DNA from: Clostridia bacterium
GTDB lineage: Bacteria; Bacillota; Clostridia; Oscillospirales; QAKW01
Length of the DNA stretch: 64,000 nt
Direction: 5' to 3'
Assembly: GCA_017560905.1 (NCBI GenBank)
Contig: JAFZEA010000015.1
Location: forward strand, 7,177 to 71,176
Shown: in pieces, positions 1 to 7,400 of the stretch
How positions within the stretch are numbered: position 1 is the first letter of the stretch
Layout of the letters: every line of letters starts with the position of its first letter
Program-made: the position numbers and the translations under genes
Notes under the pieces: generated by a model
The model's input: only the letters and a program-made list of their open reading frames with translations
The model's database searches: none
Told to the model about the DNA's origin: nothing

Positions 1-1140
1 ATGCTTGTCAGCTTGCTGCAACCGGAAAATGCAGCGCTGCCGATAGAGGTGACAGAGCTCGGGATGGAGATGCTTTTCAACTTGCTGCAACCGGAAAATG
101 CACGCTCGCCGATAGAGGTGACGGAGTTCGGGATGGAGATGCTTGTCAGGCTACTGCAATCGCCAAATGCCTTATATCCGATTTCGGTAACCGAGTCAGG
201 AATGCTGACACTTGTCAGGTCGCTGCAATCGTAAAATGTACACTTGCCGATGGAGGTAACAGAACTCGGAATAGAGATGGCGGTCAGGCTGCTGCATTCG
301 TAAAATGCATTCTCTGCAATGGTGATCGTTCCGGATTTGACAGTATATGCCCCACTGATGGAGGTTTCAGCCTCAATCAAGTGGTTACCGATATACAAAA
401 CACCATTTTCCCAGTTATTTGTATTGTCATAATATGCGGTATAAAAAAATGCATCCTCACCGATTTTGTTGACCGAGCCCAAGATGGTGATGCCGGCCAG
501 GCTGTAGCAAGCGCGAAATGCATTGTCGCCGATGGTGGTGACACCCTCGGGGATGGTGATATCGGTCAGGCTGCTGCAGAAGGAAAATGCATACTTACCG
601 ATAGAGGTGACGGAGCCCGAGATGTCGATGCTTTTCAGGCTGTTGCAGCCGGCAAATGCAGAGTCACCGATAGAGGTGACGGAGCCCGAGATGCTGATGC
701 TTTTCAGGCGGGTGCAATTATAAAATGCGCTCTCGCCGATGGTGGTGACAGAGCCCAAGATGGTGACACTGAGCAGACTGTTGCAACCGTAAAATGCAGA
801 GTTACCGATAGAGGTGACAGAGTCGGGGAGGGTGATGCTTTTCAGGCTGTTGCAGCCGGCAAATACAGAGTCACCGATAGAGGTGACGGAGCCCGGAATG
901 GTGATGTCGGTCAGTCTGCTGCAACTGCCAAACGCTCTATTGCCGATTGTTGTGACGGTGTCGGGGAGGGTGATATTGGTCAGTTTGATGCAATTATTAA
1001 ATGCCTCATCACCGATTGTTTTGACGGTGTCGGGGAGGGTGATGTCGGTCAGGCCGCTGCAACCGGAAAATGCTCTGTTGCCGATTGTTGTGACGGTGTC
1101 GGGGAAGGTGATGTTGGTCAGTTTGCGGCAATCATAAAAT
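1..1140 (-). repeat. Degenerate in-frame tandem coding repeats (about 66-72 nt, LRR units)
   Basis: Near-identical segments recur, for example gatgcttttcaggctgttgcagccggcaaat at about 627 and 844 and a variant at about 696. The period matches the 22-24-aa LRR unit of the minus-strand protein. Confidence 0.7.
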
Positions 1141-1355
1141 GCCTCATCAGCGATTTTGGTGACCGGATAGCCGCCGAGGGTGGCAGGGATGGTCAATGTG
1201 CCGGAGGTGGAGATGGGGCAACTGATAATGGTTGCCTTTCCTTTTTTAACTGTGTAGGTAAGGCCACCGCTTGTGGCGGCCGACGCCGAAAACGACAGCG
1301 GAACCGATCCCACCAACAGCAGAACGGACAACAGTAATAATAATACTCTTTTCAC
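1..1355 (-). CDS. Secreted leucine-rich-repeat surface protein (BspA/LRR_5-like); 3' end lies beyond the window
   Basis: Not in the ORF track because it runs off the window. The reverse strand from GTG 1355 (AAGGAG about 10 nt upstream) reads MKRVLLLLLSVLLLVGSVPLSFSASAATSGGLTYTVKKGKATIISC...TIPATLGGYPVTKIADEAFYDCRKLTNITFPDTVTTIGNRAFSGCSGLTDITLPDTVKTIGDEAF... This is a signal peptide followed by about 20 units of the form LT.I.IP.SVT.IG..AF..C. The + ORFs 1..234, 381..1337, 523..723 and 814..1137 are shadow frames of it. Confidence 0.85.
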   Translation of the reverse strand, partial: MKRVLLLLLSVLLLVGSVPLSFSASAATSGGLTYTVKKGKATIISCPISTSGTLTIPATLGGYPVTKIADEAFYDCRKLTNITFPDTVTTIGNRAFSGCSGLTDITLPDTVKTIGDEAFNNCIKLTNITLPDTVTTIGNRAFGSCSRLTDITIPGSVTSIGDSVFAGCNSLKSITLPDSVTSIGNSAFYGCNSLLSVTILGSVTTIGESAFYNCTRLKSISISGSVTSIGDSAFAGCNSLKSIDISGSVTSIGKYAFSFCSSLTDITIPEGVTTIGDNAFRACYSLAGITILGSVNKIGEDAFFYTAYYDNTNNWENGVLYIGNHLIEAETSISGAYTVKSGTITIAENAFYECSSLTAISIPSSVTSIGKCTFYDCSDLTSVSIPDSVTEIGYKAFGDCSSLTSISIPNSVTSIGERAFSGCSKLKSISIPSSVTSIGSAAFSGCSKLTS

Positions 1356-1415
1356 TATAAAACAGCTCCTTAAAAAATCAAACATTTGCACGATTTACCC
1401 CTATACTTTAAATAT

Positions 1416-1445
1416 ATTTTAACATAAATAACTGAGCATTGTCAA
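1416..1445 (-). promoter_or_regulatory. Candidate sigma-A promoter of the LRR gene
   Basis: Minus strand has TTGACA (1445-1440), an 18-nt spacer and TAAAAT (1421-1416), about 60 nt upstream of the GTG start. Confidence 0.45.
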
Positions 1446-1942
1446 TAAACAGGAAAAAGGCAAAAACGCCACTTCCCTAATTGTTCATTGTTCATAAAAA
1501 AGGTGTTTGTCCTGTGATAGGACAAACACCTTTTTTCTGTGGGTTTATTTTGCTGCGGCGGCAAGGGGCAAATGCTGTAGCGAAGTGTGTTACTTACTGC
1601 GTTGCCGTCAGCGTCGCAGGCGGTAAAGTATACATCGTAACCATCGGTCTCGCTGATAAACTCACACTCGCTCAAAGGAATGATCCACGCCTGACCGTTC
1701 TCGGCGGTTACCTTTACATACTCGGTGTCAGCACCTGTCGTGAAACGGGCGCGGATGTAAACGGAAGTATCCAGCACCAACTGAATTTCTTTATTCCCGC
1801 CGGTATTCGCTTTTCTTTCAATTGTAAGCAGCATCTCGTTAAACTCTATTTTCAGGCAGAACTTTATAACAGAAATCGTGAAGCTATAACGATCACTGAC
1901 AGCAATTGCATCGTTCTGACCGATCGGCAGGACACAATTCAA
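1442..1942 (-). CDS. Hypothetical protein, possibly a decayed fragment
   Basis: 166-aa ORF with native-looking codons in its middle part (VKVTAENGQAWIIPLSECEFISETDGYDVYFTACDADGNAV). Its last about 30 codons read straight through the hairpin terminator at 1496-1536. The codon-aligned opposite frame (ORF 1481..2356) is also open and looks weakly like an AraC cupin domain. The coding strand is therefore uncertain. Confidence 0.3.
   Translation of the reverse strand: MNCVLPIGQNDAIAVSDRYSFTISVIKFCLKIEFNEMLLTIERKANTGGNKEIQLVLDTSVYIRARFTTGADTEYVKVTAENGQAWIIPLSECEFISETDGYDVYFTACDADGNAVSNTLRYSICPLPPQQNKPTEKRCLSYHRTNTFFMNNEQLGKWRFCLFPVY
1496..1536. terminator. Bidirectional rho-independent terminator hairpin
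   Basis: aaaaa-AGGTGTTTGTCC-tgtgata-GGACAAACACCT-ttttt. A 12-bp perfect stem (1501-1512 / 1520-1531) is flanked by an A-tract and a T-tract. Confidence 0.8.
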
Positions 1943-1946
1943 AAAA

Positions 1947-2244
1947 TGACAGAGTTATATCGGAACAGCTCTAACTATCCGAGCGCTTTTGAACTGCGGA
2001 TCCGTAGTGAACAATTATTATTGGAAGCATTACAAGTCGACAACACCGATCGCCCGATCATCAATTATTCATCGCTTATTAAAAAGTGCTGCAACACATT
2101 AATAAAAATCCGTGAATCGATGCCACCACCGCCATTCTGGCTAAAGAATTACACACATCCCCTGCTGTTCTCCGCACGCAGTTTAGAAAAGAAGTGGTCG
2201 AGACCCTCTCCCCCTTGCGCTATCGAAAAGAAAATACGATTTAA
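1947..2244 (+). pseudogene. Frameshifted remnant of an AraC/XylS-family regulator (C-terminal HTH)
   Basis: From ATG 1947 the frame reads MTELYRNSSNYPSAFELRIRSEQLLLEAL...IINYSSLIKKCCNTLIKIRES. A different frame from about 2118 reads DATTAILAKELHTSPAVLRTQFRKEVVETLSPLRYRKENTI*, which is the AraC pattern ..IA.EL..S...L...FK...G.SP..YR. That frame is blocked upstream by TGA, so a frameshift lies near 2110-2120. Confidence 0.4.
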
Positions 2245-2254
2245 TACTCAAAAA

Positions 2255-2305
2255 ATCCACATACATTTGTGCGTACTCGCACAAATGTATGTGGATTTTC
2301 TTTTT
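2255..2305. terminator. Bidirectional terminator between the AraC remnant and the PHP gene
   Basis: ATCCACATACATTTGTGCG-tact-CGCACAAATGTATGTGGAT. A 19-bp perfect stem (2255-2273 / 2278-2296) is preceded by aaaaa and followed by tttctttttatt. Confidence 0.85.
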
Positions 2306-3713
2306 ATTCTCTTCTTTCGTTGCCGCCGTACAGATCAAGATGACTTCCCTTGGTGATAATGCCGGAGTCGATCTGCGCAATGCGCACCTTTTCAAGATAA
2401 CCCAGCACTCTGGGAGACAGAGTGGGTGCCGGAACCAAACCAAAGAATTTCTTATAGTGATTTTCCACGGTATCTGCCAGTGCGGAGAGGGTCTCGCCCA
2501 CTTCTTCGCCCTCGGCATAACGGCGCATCAGGATGCCCTCGCCAACACACAGACGCCAGGTTTCATTAAAGTAATTTTCATACAAAAATCTGGCAAACTG
2601 CACCAGTCGAAACTGACTGCCGAAAACACGGATTTCAGCGTCATTTTTTCTGGGCACCTCAGCCGCAACGCTGTAACCGTCACGCAGTGCCTCTATGATC
2701 GCCTCCTCGGTATTGTCCCTTGCAAAGGCAATAGTAAAGCTTCTGCCAAAGCCGGTGGTCGCAAAATCGTGATTATGCGAATCACTGTTGCCGACAACGG
2801 GCAACACGTTACCCTTGAGCGCCTGCTCCTGCCACAGCGCCAGCTGCAGATTGTCACGATGCGTTGCACCGTCGTTGTGCAGTTCAAACACATCAAATAT
2901 CTTTTCATCAAAGAGGTAGTTACAGAAATCTTCCGATACATTATAAACATTCGCCGTCCAGAACGGATGAGCAAAAATGGAGATGCCGCCTGCTCTCTTG
3001 ATCTCACGGCACGCCCACGTTGCCTGAGCGACACGAAGGCGGTACTGCTCGGGAATATGGGTCAGTGTTTTTTCAATCTCGGCAACCTCTGCGACAAAAG
3101 CCTCCGGCTCCTTAACATAGCGTTCGCAAACGCTGAAGTTGCCACCGATATGTACAATATGCACTGACGAGCCGGGAGTATGCACTTCCTCGCCCTTCAG
3201 CATACAAACGCCAAGCTTTACACCCTCATACTGTTCGCTCTGAATGGTGGAGGTAAACATACGGTTGTGATCGGTCAGTGCATAGAAGTCAAATCCTTCC
3301 TCACGATAGCAGGCAGGCACCATCGCCACACCGTCCTGTCCGTCGGAGTAATAGGAATGGGTATGTAAGTCGCCCTTGAGCGGACGGCGGACATAAAGAT
3401 CTTCCTGTACGGCATACAGAGAAATCTTAATGGGCTTTCCGCCCTTTTCACAGAAGCGAATGGAGTACTCCTGCTCTCTTTCAAAGGTGTAGTCAAAATG
3501 CAGGCAACCCCCACTGACATAGCAGGGTACATCCATCGGCAGCTTGTCGTGATAGTCCACCATATCATCACGCATACCGATGACACACATCTCAAAGCTC
3601 TTTTCCTCACGGAAAATTCGACTGGTATCTCTGGGTGTGATGGTCACATGGGTGGGTCGGCCGACACAAACGACAGACGGAAAACACATATATCTGGGGT
3701 GAGCATTTCTCAT
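2304..3713 (-). CDS. PHP-domain (CehA/McbA-like) metal-dependent phosphoesterase
   Basis: GDLHTHSYYSDGQDG, ALTDHN, GEEVHT, IFAHPFW and GNSDSHNH are the PHP histidine/aspartate motifs. The start is set at ATG 3713 (MRNAHPRYM) because GGAGGA lies 8 nt upstream; the ORF-track start 3767 adds 18 unlikely residues. Confidence 0.75.
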   Translation of the reverse strand: MRNAHPRYMCFPSVVCVGRPTHVTITPRDTSRIFREEKSFEMCVIGMRDDMVDYHDKLPMDVPCYVSGGCLHFDYTFEREQEYSIRFCEKGGKPIKISLYAVQEDLYVRRPLKGDLHTHSYYSDGQDGVAMVPACYREEGFDFYALTDHNRMFTSTIQSEQYEGVKLGVCMLKGEEVHTPGSSVHIVHIGGNFSVCERYVKEPEAFVAEVAEIEKTLTHIPEQYRLRVAQATWACREIKRAGGISIFAHPFWTANVYNVSEDFCNYLFDEKIFDVFELHNDGATHRDNLQLALWQEQALKGNVLPVVGNSDSHNHDFATTGFGRSFTIAFARDNTEEAIIEALRDGYSVAAEVPRKNDAEIRVFGSQFRLVQFARFLYENYFNETWRLCVGEGILMRRYAEGEEVGETLSALADTVENHYKKFFGLVPAPTLSPRVLGYLEKVRIAQIDSGIITKGSHLDLYGGNERRE

Positions 3714-3729
3714 AGTTAGTTCCTCCTGA

Positions 3730-4272
3730 TTATATAGCGTGCGGTGCGAAAATATAAGGCAAACCACACATTTTCATTATCACCATCAAAACAAATGGCA
3801 GCAAGATTACCAGCGGAAAATACAGACGGGGATCCAGTTTTCTGAAAGTGGCATCTATTTTTTTCTTATATTCAAGCTGCTCCTCTACGGTAAGATCGGA
3901 AAACAACTCGCCTCTTACCTGGCGCAAGTCGGAAAACAATCCCCATTTTCCATCTTTTTCATCATGATAGATTTTATTCTGCATACCTCTGGCAGCCAGA
4001 TAAAAGACAGCGGCAAATCCCAGACTGATAGCCAGTGCCGCATACCAGAAGAACAGTGCAAACACCGCAGTATTAATGCACAGCGACAACATCGTACACT
4101 CCATACTCACAAAAGGCGCGCAGTGAATGTCGTACCCCATATTGGTGCGGCGTATGATTTGCGTCACGATTAAAAAAGCGGCACATATCAGAACACAAGC
4201 CCAACAAATATATCCTGCCACAGATTGTTTATCCCACGGCAGATAGGTCCAATCAATAACTCCCATAAGCAA
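3730..4272 (-). CDS. Hypothetical polytopic membrane protein
   Basis: 180 aa with about 4 hydrophobic helices (AGYICWACVLICAAFLIV, LSLCINTAVFALFFWYAALAISLGFAAVFYL, LYFPLVILLPFVLMVIM). AAGGAGG RBS. It ends 16 nt before the PHP gene start, so the two are probably co-transcribed. Confidence 0.6.
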   Translation of the reverse strand: MLMGVIDWTYLPWDKQSVAGYICWACVLICAAFLIVTQIIRRTNMGYDIHCAPFVSMECTMLSLCINTAVFALFFWYAALAISLGFAAVFYLAARGMQNKIYHDEKDGKWGLFSDLRQVRGELFSDLTVEEQLEYKKKIDATFRKLDPRLYFPLVILLPFVLMVIMKMCGLPYIFAPHAI

Positions 4273-4354
4273 ACCTCCTTGCCCTCATTCTAACACAGTC
4301 TATGAGAAGTGTCAATTCTCCAAATCGCAAAAAGCTACCTATATTATTATATCC

Positions 4355-4392
4355 AAATCAAAAAAGGTCCGCAAGGAAATTCCTTGCGGACC
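4355..4392 (-). terminator. Terminator of the SLH giant gene
   Basis: GGTCCGCAAGGA-aat-TCCTTGCGGACC (4366-4377 / 4381-4392), followed on the minus strand by TTTTTTGATTT. Confidence 0.8.
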
Positions 4393-4403
4393 TCAAACTG
4401 TTT

Positions 4404-7400
4404 TTAATACTGAGCGTAAACAAAATTCATAATGATGGTAGCAACCTCGGCACGAGTAGCCAGACCCTGAGGATCAAACTTATTGCCGGTTTTACCCTGA
4501 ATGATGCCGGCGCGCTGACAAGCAGTTACTGCTTTCTTGGCCCAATTGGAAATCTTAGCAGCATCGGCAAAGGTCTTAGCCGCCTGAGTTTTGGGCATAT
4601 TAAATGCAACGTTGCAAGCGCTATCGCAGTAATTGACAAGGATCAGGCAGATCTGCTCACGAGTAACAGCAGCATTGGGAGCAAATGCAGTATCACTAAT
4701 ACCGTCAACAATGTCATTCTCATAGGCCCAAGCCACATAACCGGAGTACCACTTGCCGGTGGGAACATCGGTAAATTTGGTAGCGGTCTTGTGGTTAACT
4801 GCTGCGCCGTGCAGTCTGCCCAAAACGGTAACAAACATTGCACGTGTCATAGATGCATTGGGGGAGAATGTATCGTCACTGGTACCTGCAAACAAGCCGG
4901 TGGTAAATACGAAGTCCATAGCGCCGTTACGTACAAACCAGTCACTTGTCTTGATATCTACAAACTTGTAGGTAGCATCCTTGCAAAGCGGAAGGATGTA
5001 TCTGGAATCGCCTACTGCGCTGCAAACGGAGCAAACATACTCTTCCAAACCAAATTCAGTATCGGTTGCAGGAACGATTTCTACCCAACTGTAGGTGTGT
5101 TCACCCGCCAAGCTCTCGCCATCCATATAGGTATTACACTCGGTACAGCGAATCTCACGATAGCCGTCAGCCTGGCAAGTGGCAGGAATTGTAACCGTCC
5201 AGGCACCGGGAACGTGCAGCAACTGGGGCAATGCCTTATCTTCGAAGGTGCCGCAGGAGATACACTCAAATGTTTCAAGACCATCTGCCAAACAAGTAGC
5301 TTTGATAACGGAAACGCTCTCAAATACGTGATCCAGCGTGGGAATCTCTTCCTCAGCGCCGAGTTCTGCCTGGCATGCGGTACACAGCAGTGCGCGCTTA
5401 CCTACGTGATCACAAGCGGCATTCTCGATGACTTTCCACTTACCGCCGTCATGTCCGGTGGCGGACAATACGTTGGTGTCCTGTCTCTGAGTACATACGG
5501 TGCAGTATACATACGCCAGACCATCCTCAGTACAGGAAGCTTCGGTCTCAACAATCCAGTTGCTCAACATATGATCGCCGAAAGGCAGTACCTCGTCACC
5601 GATCAGCTCATCACAGGCAATACAGTAGGTCTTCTTGTAACCGTTGGTGATACAAGAGGAATTCTGGATCTCTTCTCTGGTTTCGGAATGAGGGCAGGTG
5701 CTGATGGTCAGATCAGCATCTTCATAATAGTACTTAGTATAGGAAATGGGATTTCCGACAACGCTGTTAACAGTTTCGTTGGTGATGGGAAGGGTTACAA
5801 CACCGGCAACCTCTGCATAGTTACCACCGACGTTAACGTTGTTATGACCCATTTCAGTTGCAGGAGCACTGAAGATACGGGGCATATTGTTATTGCCACT
5901 GATGATAAAGCGGTTTTTCTTGACGCTGTATGCCTTGCTGTAATCAGCATAGGCGGCATCGCTTGCAGCACCTGCACCGTAGATCAGTGCGGTATTGGCG
6001 CTCGCATTGGAGGCGTCATTCTCATAAATGTAGTTGCCGGTAAACGCAAACGTAAAGTTATCGGAATCGGCATGTACATAGATGTAACCGTTATCCAGCG
6101 AACCGGAAGCAGAAATAGGATTGAGGAAAACGTTGTCCGTCATAGAAATAGCAACGTTTTCATACTTGGTGATGGCAGTGTTGCCGAGTGCGGAAACCAG
6201 TTCAAACTGGAACATACTGTTGGCGGAAGAACCGTCAAACATACAGTTGGTAACATTGTATGCGGCTGTGTTGTTGATGGAGCCGGTGGCAATACCGGGT
6301 ACACGGAAGAGGTCAACCTTGGAGGTGCCCTCGAAGTAACTGTTGTTCAAATTGACAGAACTCAAAGCCGTGTTCATCAACTGAGCGGTTTTCAGACCGT
6401 AAGCACGCATATCGTTGATGGTCAGGCTGCCGGTCACAACACCCTCCTGCATAGCAGTGGCTTCACCGAAACGGAATGCAGTGTTGGTCTTAAGGTCGGT
6501 AACAACTACGTTGTTCCAGATGATCTTGGCATCACTGACATTTGTTCTCATATCAGTGAAGGTAGCATACTCGGTAAGGGTAACGCCATCCAGTTCAAAG
6601 TAAGCAGAGTCACTCGTCATGGTCCAGGCACCGGTCAGTACGGTCTCAGCGGAGAGATCACTGCGGGTATTGGTCCAAACGTCATTTCTGTTATCACCCT
6701 TAGCATTGGGAGAAACGCCGGCCTGTGCACCCTTGATGATGATGCTGCGGTTGATCTCAACATCTTCGGCAAATCCGCCCTTATCAATGTACACAATGCC
6801 GTCCTCACCAACCAGACGAACGGCCTCGGTGATGGTGGTAAACAAGCTCTTGCCTGCGATAAAGGTTTTGGTTTGGCCATCGATGATGTAATCAACAGAT
6901 GCGCCTGCGGTGTACTTGTCACCGTCTACCATAACCTCGTAGTACATAATGTCGGGGTCATCGGAAACAGTAAAGTCAATGCGATAGAAGGTACTCATAT
7001 AAGGCAGAGCGCCCAGAAGCATAACATATACGCTCTTGGTGCCCTCGGTACAGGTAATGCTGCTCAGAGCCTCGCCGCCGAACTTATCAGCAGAGATGGT
7101 GGCAGTGCCTGCGGGAGTAGCGAGCTGGAAGGAAGCGGGAGTGATCACGGTGCCCGCAGCAACCTTAGAAGTAATAACATAAGGATTGCTCTGGGTACCT
7201 GCACCCTTGTTAGAGAGATAGGGATAATTGTTAACCTTGTTAACGACAGGCTTTTCAGTACCCAGCTCAATCTTAACGTAGGATACGTTGCCGGAGTAGT
7301 CATAGTCAGAAGATGCGGTGCTGGTGGTACCGCCACGAATGTAATGAACGTTAAATTCATTACTGAACAAGCCGGCGGTCGAGCTGGAAGCGTGGGGGCT

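Noticed and set aside
1-1337. Regular ~69-nt repeats that could be mistaken for a CRISPR or satellite array, plus the + ORF 381..1337
   Set aside because: The repeats are in frame and encode LRR units of a minus-strand secreted protein with its own signal peptide and RBS. There are no spacer-like unique segments between identical repeats. The + ORF is the antisense shadow.
2304-4272. PHP phosphoesterase + small membrane protein as a novel two-gene system
   Set aside because: Both are ordinary-looking. The PHP motifs are complete and the partner is a generic 4-TM protein. Nothing in the sequence beyond adjacency suggests a special function.
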